NCBI GenBank assembly: GCA_001599295.1
Contig: BCGN01000006.1
Span: 558,001-622,000 of the forward strand
Direction of reading: 5' to 3'
DNA from: Sporopachydermia quercuum
Lineage: Eukaryota
DNA length: 64,000 bases
Below, one piece after another: positions 36,801 to 46,738 of the stretch; the stretch's first letter is position 1; each line of letters starts with the position of its first letter. The position numbers were made by a program, and so were the translations under genes. Under the pieces are notes generated by a model, which was not told where the DNA came from, did no database searches, and worked only from the letters and a program-made list of their open reading frames with translations.

Positions 36801-39735
36801 GGAAGCTGATTACGTGTTAGCCAACAAATCTCGGACTTCGCTGGATATCCTTGAATCTCGGAAATCTCTCTCCGGAACAGTTATTCCCAGGACAAGTTTA
36901 AACTTAGACAGAAGGGAAATTCTCGGAAGTATTGATGACTTATTGCATGCTAACCGGGATGAAGAGATAGGGTTAGAAGGGATTGCATCATTTTCCCGCA
37001 GATCAATGGATATTCGCCGAGTCCGGAAGTTTGGAGGGGACACTGTAGACCAAAGCGGAAATAATGCTGGAATAACGGAAACTATGTATGGTAGATTTTC
37101 GGCTGATTTAACATCATCTACTGGTAAGAACTACGGTAAAAGCGCGAAAATCGACCTTCCTGGCCCTTCGGGACGAGATTCCTCTCCTTCCGCTTATCCA
37201 GCGAACTTTGCCCCGTATTTTGATCCACTGCTAGTTTCAAACCAAGAATTCGTTCTAGAACAAACTTTACAACATATCGAACAGTTCTCGACCGAAGGAT
37301 TACGTACACTTTTATACGCCTACGCTTGGATCGACAATGAGAAGTTCGCAGCATGGCAGAAAATCTATCATGACGCTAAAACCTCTTTAGTTGACCGTCA
37401 GGAGAAGATCGAAGCCGCAGGTGAAATGATTGAACGAGAATTCATCTTAGCTGGTGCTACAGCTATTGAGGATAAGCTTCAAGAAGGTGTAGCAGAAGCC
37501 ATAGAAAAGCTACGTAGAGCCGGAATTCACCTTTGGATGCTCACGGGAGATAAGCGGGAAACGGCTATTAATATCGGCTATTCCTGTAGATTAATCAAGG
37601 ATTATTCCACTGTTGTTATACTGAGTTATGAGGAAAGAAACAACAGAAATAATAGGAGTGAGGGGATAAATTCCGAAAATAATGGCATTGGAAATAGCGG
37701 AGAAGGTAGCTCCAGAAATAACGAAAATAATGGCACGAGCAGTAACTGTAACGATCTTTCAGAACGGATCGCAGCTGCCACACTGGAAATTGAAGCAGGA
37801 AGAGTGGCCCATTGCGTGGTAGTTGTGGATGGTGCAACATTAGCATTTATTCAGAGCGATATGACTTTACTATCAATGTTCATTGAGTTAGGTATCAAGA
37901 CAGACTCAGTAATCTGCTGTAGAGCTTCACCTTCCCAGAAAGCAGCAATGGTAGAAGCCGTACGCAACAGAGTTAAAAACTCGGTCACTCTGGCAATCGG
38001 AGACGGAGCAAATGATATTGCTATGATTCAATCAGCCGATATTGGAGTCGGAATCACCGGTAAAGAGGGTTTACAAGCTGCTCGGTCTGCGGACTATTCA
38101 ATAGCTCAATTCCGATTTTTACTGAAAATGCTACTGGTTCATGGCCGTTATAATTATCTCCGAACTTGCAAATACATTCTTTGCACTTTCTATAAAGAGT
38201 TTCTGTTCTATACATCAATGGGCGCTTTCCAAAGAAACACTATGTATACAGGAACACAACCATATGAAGATAAATCTTTAATGTTCTTCAACACACTATT
38301 TACGTCTTTGCCTGTGATGTGTGTAGGAGCTTTTGAAAAAGACCTTCGGCCAGCCACGTTATTGGCAATTCCAGAGTTATATGCATCGGGCCGTTTAAAC
38401 CACGGATATAATGCTAAAGTACTGCTTTCATGGCTATCTTTAGCCGCATTTCAAATGATATTAGTATCATTTTGCACATGGTATTTCTTTGGTTACCGTG
38501 CAACAACAGATAATACTTTATTCCCAATAGGAGCGCTTCAATTTGGTGCTGCAGTTATTATTATCAACTTGAAGTGTCAATTGCTAGAAATGCACAATAT
38601 AGGCTACCCTGCTATTATTTCTATTATTCTGTCGGTTGGCGGATGGTTTCTATGGGAACTAGCTTTACAAGGGTTTTATTCCAACAGTGAGAATAAGCTT
38701 TATTTTGTGTATGATGCATTTATCGAAAGATTCGGCAGAGATATCTCGTGGTGGGCCACATTATTTGCAGTTTGCACGGTATGCTTACTATTTGATGGAA
38801 TCATACAAGCAATAAGAGTATCGATTTTCCCGACGGACGTGCATATATTCCAAAGCTTGGAGAAGAACGTTGATATCCGACGGAAGATTGAAATGGCAGC
38901 TTACTCAGAAATGCACCAAGGATGGACTTGGCCTCGGCGAAAAATTAGTGGTAATGATAATGATGTGGATGATTACAAGCGGAGACAAAATAGCCGTCTA
39001 GGCAAATTTTTGAGCCAGATAACATGCGGCTTATTTGGAGAAGAAGACGAAATCCGACCGATTAATTCGGATGATGTTTATAGCGTGAACAGCGATGTTG
39101 TTAGCGGTGGGGGTAGGGAAAGGTCAGGAACGTTAAGCAAGACGGAAAGACACGATAGATTGAATGTCGATAAGTCACGGGATAATTCGGGAAGAAACAG
39201 AGAAGAAGGAGATGGCGAAGAATTGGTGCACTTCTCGGGACGGGCCGAGCCGAGTGGAGCTGCAGGGCATTTGGATAAACGAAAGTCCCGTCCCCGGGTA
39301 GATTCTCTTAGTGTCGGATCATCCGAAGAACTAATCACGAACCGAAGCCCGAATCAGTCAAGCAGTGAATACGAAATGGAAGTGTTACCCTCTGGTAAAA
39401 TCTTTAAGCGAAGAAAAAAGGTCCGACAGAATTCAAGTTCTGGAACAGGAGGAAAACGGGCTAGCATTTTGAAGAAGATCCGGTTCCGATTACCAAGTGG
39501 ACGATTTGATGAAGACGATGATGAGTCTGATGACGAGCCTGATGAATCAAGCGGCTACGAGCAATCTGGTTCCCGAAGATTTGGGTTTAAATCCAAGCGA
39601 GGTCGGGCCAATTCTCGGAGAGCTTCGGGTCATGAATACAACGATGAGTCAGGTAATTCTGATTCTGATTTAGACATAGAAGACATATTACAAAGAAGAG
39701 GGATAGAATTTGACGATGAGTTACGTGGAAGGTAA
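33850..39735 (+). CDS. DNF3: P4-type ATPase phospholipid flippase, Dnf3 type
   Basis: LDGETNLK, IPLSLYV, phosphorylation motif DKTGTLT, ASSPDELALV, CKGADN, TGDKRET, GDGAND. LLIDERTKKPYCDN and RVAHCVVVVDG match the Dnf3 subfamily. Confidence 0.93.
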   Translation: MDPSGKRMNRPRGLSLRSQLFSRSMNRTTTEGNNLESEEQDSQQPSAVELSEVSHSTITPSTIHFDDNSIVNDNNHDYNNYSNNLTNIISTNASVSSSSDFSVDSYSNTTDNTHSTRYNPYLGDNIIPAIIPNTSDVSKSKRSGISLSQQLNPSGILGNLKHFKQXAKKWILRVKDIPPSIDGRKIPINLSRNSFSYSDEFTRDPVNKLLIDERTKKPYCDNMITSSIYTAYTFFPRQLYVQMSKLANLYLFIMAFLQMVPSFSTTGNYTTIIPLTIFTCIAMAREGWDDWRRHRLDKEENNRVATLLFAADDIDAQISHDFTLEDTPNKGNKGKIRKRNGKRTGKFVSSSKEIPRKVESSDTESRTCLPLSSIPSSAGSAQGSSTDCYPLQRRKILWKNIRVGDVVELEQDEWVPADIILISASGPGDIAYIETMALDGETNLKSRQPHPEITKRCKTYANLAEFQALLVSEDPNLDLYNFDGTCVIGSERFPMTSDNIVYRGSVLRNTPKAIGIVIFSGEETKIRMNSIKNARTKAPKLAKRINFTVILMFAIVIFLGVFCTVASVIYYNQNIEDLSYLDGSEVGLAPKLIGFIIMFNTLIPLSLYVSMELIKVMQMLMLQWDIDMYHEPSDTPCESRTATILEELGQVSYIFSDKTGTLTDNVMVFRKMSVAGYAWLHDVDLLESEESEKMITGAVSELDMNGVGSEMTSDNIGRKSGQLSRKSTDIHSRKSLTGQVSQRGQGTKTYKGKPAMAELVPSTSIPVSAATSAPGKPRNSMASFRSDISPQRTWKSSAAPERPQEILNTVQLIQYLQTHPNALYSQRVKFFLLNIALCHTCLPQRLTDTEDEESSETSEDSSEDCAESETIEYQASSPDELALVGAARDLGYIVVDRDIDTITIRTYPDGLDADPKEEKYEILEIIEFSSSRKRMSVIVRFPDGRACILCKGADNIMLPRLKSEKMAKAKAIEIAKQSSVRKNAEADYVLANKSRTSLDILESRKSLSGTVIPRTSLNLDRREILGSIDDLLHANRDEEIGLEGIASFSRRSMDIRRVRKFGGDTVDQSGNNAGITETMYGRFSADLTSSTGKNYGKSAKIDLPGPSGRDSSPSAYPANFAPYFDPLLVSNQEFVLEQTLQHIEQFSTEGLRTLLYAYAWIDNEKFAAWQKIYHDAKTSLVDRQEKIEAAGEMIEREFILAGATAIEDKLQEGVAEAIEKLRRAGIHLWMLTGDKRETAINIGYSCRLIKDYSTVVILSYEERNNRNNRSEGINSENNGIGNSGEGSSRNNENNGTSSNCNDLSERIAAATLEIEAGRVAHCVVVVDGATLAFIQSDMTLLSMFIELGIKTDSVICCRASPSQKAAMVEAVRNRVKNSVTLAIGDGANDIAMIQSADIGVGITGKEGLQAARSADYSIAQFRFLLKMLLVHGRYNYLRTCKYILCTFYKEFLFYTSMGAFQRNTMYTGTQPYEDKSLMFFNTLFTSLPVMCVGAFEKDLRPATLLAIPELYASGRLNHGYNAKVLLSWLSLAAFQMILVSFCTWYFFGYRATTDNTLFPIGALQFGAAVIIINLKCQLLEMHNIGYPAIISIILSVGGWFLWELALQGFYSNSENKLYFVYDAFIERFGRDISWWATLFAVCTVCLLFDGIIQAIRVSIFPTDVHIFQSLEKNVDIRRKIEMAAYSEMHQGWTWPRRKISGNDNDVDDYKRRQNSRLGKFLSQITCGLFGEEDEIRPINSDDVYSVNSDVVSGGGRERSGTLSKTERHDRLNVDKSRDNSGRNREEGDGEELVHFSGRAEPSGAAGHLDKRKSRPRVDSLSVGSSEELITNRSPNQSSSEYEMEVLPSGKIFKRRKKVRQNSSSGTGGKRASILKKIRFRLPSGRFDEDDDESDDEPDESSGYEQSGSRRFGFKSKRGRANSRRASGHEYNDESGNSDSDLDIEDILQRRGIEFDDELRGR

Positions 39736-40695
39736 CTAAGTAAACATGGATTATCAACCGGATATTCTTGTGAATACATGTATGAACAAATAAACAAACA
39801 AACAAGCAAACAATAAGCGGTTAGATCTCACTAAAGATCAGTCATGAAATGAAGAAGAAGATGTGGGAGAAATTAAGATTTTTGCACTAAATAGAGTTTT
39901 CATGTTTAAATAAAAAGGTTTGTGTATTAAGTTTCAACTCTATTTATACGTCCTGTAGACTCAATTGCTGTCTCTTCATACACAGTAGGAACATTAAAGC
40001 TATTAACAATGACATAACTCTTGTGGAAACTAAACTATGTAAACTAAAAAATCTAAGTGTATTTTGTATTTCTTATGAAGCCTTTGTTTTTCAAAAAGTC
40101 GAAGCCAGTTTAAACTACATTTCACTCTTAGAAGTATGCTCAACAGGCATTCCTCGGGCATCGGAGAGATATATCTTTCCGATGCCCTCTTTCTTCTTCC
40201 AAATGACACACACCAGTTCCAAACAGCAGTTTTACAATTTTAATGCACTTTTCCTGTACTTGCACATATCCCCACATGACCCTTCGAACCTAATTTGACC
40301 AATAGAAAGTCCAGTCAAAAAAAATTGAATTCCCATCAGAATAATTATTCCGAGACAAGGAAAAACTCAGTCAACTATTTAATGGTCATCAAATGAATAT
40401 AAACAGTCACTTGTGTTGGTAACTGTTTTCAAAATCAGTCAATCAAGGCAAATAAATTTACTCTGTTGTATTTACTCTAACCTGCTAGAACATTCTCATA
40501 TCTCGTGATTGCACAGGCAACTCAATTGAGAGGACAAACAAGGCAACGATAGCTTTGTATCATAGGGAAGTTGCCATACAAGAGCCATTGAACTATCGTC
40601 AGGAAACAATACATTCAATAACCAAAAGGTTCGTTCAATAATCACGACAGGACCAACAGGAATAACAACAAGCTATTGATGGGATAGAATAAGAG

Positions 40696-42411
40696 ATGGG
40701 TAATTGTGCATCGACAGACAACGTTGCTAAAGATCAAGTTGCACCATCAGCCAGAAGATCCCCAGGATCGCTTTCAGTTCCTCCGAGAGGTGCAAGCAGT
40801 ACGACTGATAGGCTTAATAATAAAAACGTCAACAACAACTTCAATCAAAAGAATCCAAGCTTATCGACAACTGGTGATTCAGGTTCAACCGCACGCGATG
40901 AAAGTTTCAGCAATCAAGGTAGAAAGGACTCAAGAATCTCAAAAAATGGTTCTTCCAATGGTAGAAACTTGAGCGGAATAAGCGGTGAGAGTGAATATAA
41001 CGGTAATGCCACTAATGATACTGGAAATAATAACAATAATAATAATGGTAGTAGTAGTAATAATTGGAATTCAGAAGATTTAAAGCAAGCTTTAACTGAT
41101 AATGATAGCAAGCTGAGTCAAACTACCAATGACAAAGGTAAGAAAGAAATTAAAATTTTATTGCTTGGATCAGGAGAAAGTGGTAAATCAACAATCATAA
41201 AGCAAATGAAGATTCTTCATCAGAATGGTTATTCTCAGAGGGAGTTGCTTATGTTTAAGATCCCAGTTTATAAGAATATTTTAGAATGTGGTGAAAGATT
41301 AGCAACGGCTCTTCAAGATTTTGATTATGAGTTTGAAGATGAAGTTGAAGAAGTTAAAGACGAAGTTAAAGATGAAGTTGACGGTAGGATTGACGGCGTG
41401 GAAGGTGAAGATGAAACAAAAGCTAAAAACGAACTCAACGGAGATGATCAACGAGAAAAAGGAGAGAACGGAAAGAGCGAATTAGATGATAAGCACGGGT
41501 CAGAAGTTCCAAATAAAGCGGATGATTTAAAAGAGTCTGGTACTGCAACATCAGAAATTGTAGAAAATACTACAGGTACTGTGGAAAATTCTTCAAATGC
41601 TAGTCAACAGGTATTAATAAATAAAAGTAAATACAACAGTACAACACCTCTATTCAAACAGGATCTTGAGAAATTAAAGAAAGCAAGTGTGGAGAATGAT
41701 AGATTAAGTGAAGAAACTCTGCTAAGACTGCAAAGGTTATGGAATGATAACAGAACAATGGATTTGCTGATGAATCATCAGTCTGAATTCTATTTAATGG
41801 ACTCCGCAAGATACTTCTTTGAGAATCTTGATAGAATTGGTGAAGAAGGATATATTCCCAATGTTAATGATGTTTTGAGAGTTAGAATCAAAACCACAGG
41901 TATTTATGATACTAGATTTCAGATGGGGGGACTGAATATTCATATGTATGATGTTGGAGGACAACGAAGTGAAAGAAAGAAATGGATTCACTGCTTTGAC
42001 AATGTTACTGTGATCATATTCTGTGTTGCTTTATCAGAATATGATCAAGTGCTATCCGAAGAGAAAACTCAGAACAGAATGGCAGAATCATTGATTTTAT
42101 TTGATTCTGTTGTAAATTCAAGATGGTTTTTACGTACATCAGTTGTACTGTTTCTAAATAAGATTGATGTATTTACAGAAAAGTTACCTCATTCTCCTTT
42201 GAAGGCTTATTTCCCTGATTACACTGGAAATAATGATATTAACAAAGCTGCTAAATACATTCTATGGAGATTTACGCAGGTAGATCGAAGCGGGCTGAAT
42301 ATTTATCCACATTTAACTCAAGCAACTGATACTTCCAATATTAAGATCGTTTTTGCTGCTATCAAAGAAACTATTTTGCAAAACTCGTTAAAGGATAGTG
42401 GAATTATTTAA
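40696..42411 (+). CDS. GPA2: Heterotrimeric G protein alpha subunit, Gpa2 (group III, cAMP pathway)
   Basis: MGNC lipidation motif, [38 protein letters not shown]-terminus LKDSGII; long N-terminal extension. Confidence 0.95.
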   Translation: MGNCASTDNVAKDQVAPSARRSPGSLSVPPRGASSTTDRLNNKNVNNNFNQKNPSLSTTGDSGSTARDESFSNQGRKDSRISKNGSSNGRNLSGISGESEYNGNATNDTGNNNNNNNGSSSNNWNSEDLKQALTDNDSKLSQTTNDKGKKEIKILLLGSGESGKSTIIKQMKILHQNGYSQRELLMFKIPVYKNILECGERLATALQDFDYEFEDEVEEVKDEVKDEVDGRIDGVEGEDETKAKNELNGDDQREKGENGKSELDDKHGSEVPNKADDLKESGTATSEIVENTTGTVENSSNASQQVLINKSKYNSTTPLFKQDLEKLKKASVENDRLSEETLLRLQRLWNDNRTMDLLMNHQSEFYLMDSARYFFENLDRIGEEGYIPNVNDVLRVRIKTTGIYDTRFQMGGLNIHMYDVGGQRSERKKWIHCFDNVTVIIFCVALSEYDQVLSEEKTQNRMAESLILFDSVVNSRWFLRTSVVLFLNKIDVFTEKLPHSPLKAYFPDYTGNNDINKAAKYILWRFTQVDRSGLNIYPHLTQATDTSNIKIVFAAIKETILQNSLKDSGII

Positions 42412-43304
42412 TATGACCTCGTGATGCATAAGAAACTCCGGTACTATTCTTGTGAGCAGAATATGAAATGCTACACATTCTTATATCCATTCTATTCTAT
42501 TTGCTGTTCTCTTCTACTCGTCCCTTTTGTGTTAATCTCTGAATTTGTATCTTGTTTTTATTTTTTTTTATTTTTGGGTTCCTATGTAGTTGGTTTCAAA
42601 ATGTTTATGTATAAGAGTATAATGAGAATTAGTGAATGAAGTAAGTGCATCTAAGGGGCAGAAAGATAGTAGGACAGGAACAGTATTACGGTTGTTATAA
42701 CATATGTTTATAAGCAAGACAGATATTTAATTTTGTTGCTGACTTTCTCAAATACCGAAAAAAACAGCTATAATGAGAATAAAACACTTCTAATGAAAAT
42801 GTTAACTTTTCCGTGGAATACGTAAATGATAAACTTTCTGTAGGAACGAAAAGAAACTGCACGATAAAAGGAACAGTGGTTAATGAATGCACTTAGAAAC
42901 CACGTAGTGATACCAGATGAAAACAGAAAATCTAGTTCTTGCTTCCTCTTTGAAAGGGTTTGTTCTTTCATTTTATGTTCCATTCATCAATCAGTCAATC
43001 GTTGAGTATTAACCTAATTCTACTTTAGAAAGTACATCTAATTTATTCCTGTAGATTAACATCTTATATGCAAGTTATACATTAATATGTATCTATTGCA
43101 TTAATATGCATGAATATGAATTCTATCTGAAACATCTCTGAAACGAGATTGAACTGAGAACATTGTTTATTGTTTCTAATTGTTACACAAATAGGTATAA
43201 ATATGTGTACATTTCACCTATATAATGTTTTGAAAGGATCAAGCTCGTTTATGATAAAAATGTCTCCATGTAACTGAAGGTTAGAAAGGGAAAAACCTTA
43301 TATT

Positions 43305-43846
43305 TGGTAGCGATTCGTAGTTTCTCAAAGTTACAATTAGGTACAGTGGAGTAGTTTAGTGGCCATATGAACAGCCACTCGTTAATAGAGGCTTTCGAAA
43401 AAATGGAGTTAAGTGAAACAACTCCGCCCACCCAGTCTACGACCCAGCCTAACAAAGGCCTCCGGATCAAAGTGCCCCACCACGAAAGTTCTCTGGTTTC
43501 CGTAGAGATCATATCGACGCATTATCATGGATCTCTGGTATTGAACTATACTTTGCAGCAGCTGAACTGGGTAAAGATTTTTACATCACCTATGCGAAAC
43601 TGTTAATGGGAGGCCCCGCTCTAAATTGGGCAATAGATTACCCAGTAGTCAGGTATCTGCCGAATGGGACGAGTTCAAACAAAGCTTCCTCGATGAATTC
43701 TATTCACGAGATTATAAAAGAAGAAATGCAATTAAGTACGGTAGTGCCTGAGANAAATAGGCTCGGTCGCTAAGTATAATAGTGAATTCACTAGACTCTT
43801 GGGAGGCATACTGAAGTTACTGATAATGGGAAAATCCTTCCATTCT
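43305..43846 (+). mobile_element. Degenerate Ty3/Gypsy LTR retrotransposon remnant: primer-binding site plus frameshifted, truncated gag
   Basis: TGGTAGCG (43305-43312, complementary to the tRNA-iMet 3' end), ATG at 43367. Joining frames gives PPRKFSG...ALSWISGIELYF...YAKLLMGGPALNW / EWDEFKQSFLDEF / LR?IGSVAKYNSEFTRL, the capsid motifs in retrotransposon gag order. Confidence 0.85.
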
Positions 43847-43854
43847 GAAAAAAA

Positions 43855-43948
43855 GCCCGCGTAGCGTAATGGTTAACGCGTCAGACTTCTAACGAAGCCT
43901 CTTTGGAATGCAATCTGAAGATTGTGGGTTCGACTCCCACCGTGGGTG
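43855..43948 (+). tRNA. tRNA-Arg(UCU) with a 21-nt intron (43892-43912)
   Basis: Acceptor GCCCGCG/CGTGGGT, anticodon stem TCAGA...TCTGA with CT-TCT-A then an intron at the canonical 37/38 position, T arm GTGGG-TTCGACT-CCCAC, oligo-T terminator. Mature length 73 nt. Confidence 0.95.
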
Positions 43949-45120
43949 ATTTTTTGTTGTTTCAACTACTTCATTCACGTTTTATGATCAACTACGTTTC
44001 TACCATCATCAATGTTAGTATTCATATTATTTTTTCGTTCTGATATTTCTTTTGAAAGATATAGCATCTTTGGTTTTATTTATCATTTTTTGTTAATAGT
44101 TTTTCCTACGCCTCCAATAAATGGCATGTGATAGTTAACTCAACGCATTTGATATATGCAGGTATATGCACTAATGCAAATTAAGGTTTGTATCTGCGTA
44201 TTAAACCACACAGGTGACAGGTTTCTGCTTTAAATGCACACTGAGTATGCTTGAACAAGGTACACTATTTTGTGGACGCAATCAGAATTAAGTATTTATT
44301 GCTTAGTAAGTTTGATCTCTCCAGGTTTTTATTATGAATACTCAGTTTCAATCAAAACTGCATATGGAATTCCATTGCATCGTTCATCGAATTTTGTACA
44401 CTCTCAATAAGTATCCTTCCCATACTATTAAAGTTTACCAATTTCAGAGTAAGTTGCCTCTACTTACATCAAATCACCATAGTGACAGCTTCTCCACCTC
44501 TGACTGTACTTTACATTCGGTCAAATTACTGTTACTTTTTACAAATAAAATGGTTTTTCATTATTAAATTGAACTATTTATATCTATTGGAGATAAAATG
44601 TCCTCTGAAATCTTATATTCAAGCAAAGACCTTTCACTCTCACTACCCCTAAGTTCTCTCTCCCTGTTAATATGCACTTTCCTGCATTAAAATTACTCAT
44701 GTATGTAAACTATATGCATAACCTTATTGTAAACTGCTACACGGATGTGTCGCCCGGCTTCCTCGCCTTTCTTCTCTTCTACCTGATAACATGCAGAACA
44801 ATGAAAAAAAGATCTTTATTCATTAGCTCGATGGCAGAATTTAATAGAGTGTTATAAAAAATTGACTGTTTCAAGCATGAAAGTTGCTTATTGATATAAT
44901 TTACTATACAGTCAACATTGAATCATCATTTGAGACCTATCAGAGCATAGTCTAGAGATTGTATTTGCATAGTTGATTTATGTTATACAGCACAGCATGC
45001 TATTTGGATCGACAGACTAGTTCTAGTATCAAAAAGATAAAAATAAATCAAAATATCGACTTAGAAATCAAACTGTTGTCGTTGTTTACTGGTAGTCGTT
45101 AATTCTAGAAATAATCCAAA

Positions 45121-45834
45121 ATGTACAGACAACAAGCAACCAAGGGCATTCGGTCCTTTACTGTTAATTCACTATCTATCCGAAATTTCGGAAAGCTCAA
45201 TAACAGCTATTCAGCTTCAGCTTCAATTAGGCTGTTATCTACAACAGCAACTCGTTCTTTAAATCTCAGGAGCAAGAATGTTGTTGGAAGACAACTAACT
45301 AACAGAGGCCATTTGATACCTACGGCAGGAAGCAACACTTCCTCAGCCAGATATTATACTGTTCTAAGTGATGAACCTCCAGCCAAGATCTATGAATACG
45401 AAGATGTGAAAAAGCTTGTAGAAGCTCAAGACCCCAATGCTGTTTTAGTTGACGTTAGAGAACCTGATGAGTATGCTGCAGGTCATATTCCTGGTGCTAT
45501 AAATGTTCCTTTCAAAACATCACCAGGTGGATTTGGGTTAGAAGAAGAAGCTTTTGAAGAAACTTTTGGTTTTAAGAAACCCTCACCTGAAAAGGAACTT
45601 GTTTTCTATTGTTTAGGTGGTGTTCGATCTTCTCTTGCTGAATCCTTGGTGGCAACATTTGGCTACCCAAAGAGAGGCAATTATGTTGGCAGTTGGGCTG
45701 ACTGGGAAGCACATGAGAACCCTGAAAAATCCCCGGAGAATGAACCTGTTGATAAAGAAGAAATTGTGCAAGAAGCAAAGAAAGCATTTGAAGAAGCTGT
45801 TGAAAAAGATGATAAGTCTTCATCAAAGGCTTAG
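45121..45834 (+). CDS. RDL2: Mitochondrial single-domain rhodanese (Rdl1/Rdl2 type thiosulfate sulfurtransferase)
   Basis: LVDVREPDEY..GHIPGAINVP, active loop FYCLGGVRS, NYVGSWADW; about 80-aa Arg/Ser/Thr-rich presequence without acidic residues. Confidence 0.8.
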   Translation: MYRQQATKGIRSFTVNSLSIRNFGKLNNSYSASASIRLLSTTATRSLNLRSKNVVGRQLTNRGHLIPTAGSNTSSARYYTVLSDEPPAKIYEYEDVKKLVEAQDPNAVLVDVREPDEYAAGHIPGAINVPFKTSPGGFGLEEEAFEETFGFKKPSPEKELVFYCLGGVRSSLAESLVATFGYPKRGNYVGSWADWEAHENPEKSPENEPVDKEEIVQEAKKAFEEAVEKDDKSSSKA

Positions 45835-46738
45835 AATGAGTGAATTTAGTTAGGAGGTTGTTGTTAATTATTACTTGAATAATATTTGTTGCTTTCATTG
45901 CATTCTTATTCCTTTACCCTTTTTTGTCACTATCATTATTAGAAGTTATTGTTTCAATATATATTGTTTATTCTTCTGTTGCTATTTGATTATCATCCTA
46001 TGTTTTGTTAGTATTGTTTTTGCTAGGTAGTCAGTAGTTTGATGGATAGTTAATAATACCCTTCAGTTCCTGCTAAGAGATGCCTTTTGGAATTCTACGT
46101 AAAACCTTGAAATCTTTGATCAAACGATTGAATGATGAAATTTTCAACTTTGATTGTTGAGAGTAAAACGCTTCATGTACTTAATTCTCAAGATACATTT
46201 GTAAGGATATGAATATGCTATTAAAGACATTTAAATGGAGATATTATCTATAATAGCTTTAGTTGGAGATGGTAATCTACAGTTTACCGTCGATCTAGCA
46301 TTGTTATATATTAGGAATACGTTACACTACTTTTATTGTAGCATTACCTACTAATGTATATGCGGTGCTATAGTTGATCAAGGGATCAAATCTACAGAGA
46401 ATAACAGTATTCATTTCAAATGATATGGTTGTAGATATTACTATTATTATTATTATTCCTATTATACTCTCGTTAAAATTAAAAATACACCCCATAAAAG
46501 CCAATTAATCGGACTTCATTTCTCTTTTCTTCTTTCTTTCGATTCTTCCCTTTTCAATCGTCCGTTTGTTTTGTNAAATCTTGGTTTCCTTTATTTTGTT
46601 TTACTAAGTTGTTGTTCCTTCTCCCCTCCTTCCTTTTCTCATGCATAATCATCATTTCATTCACACTCCTCTATTAAACCTTATGCCTTTTCTAATTACT
46701 GTTTTAAACCTTTTACTCTCTATATCTCCAAACCAAAA

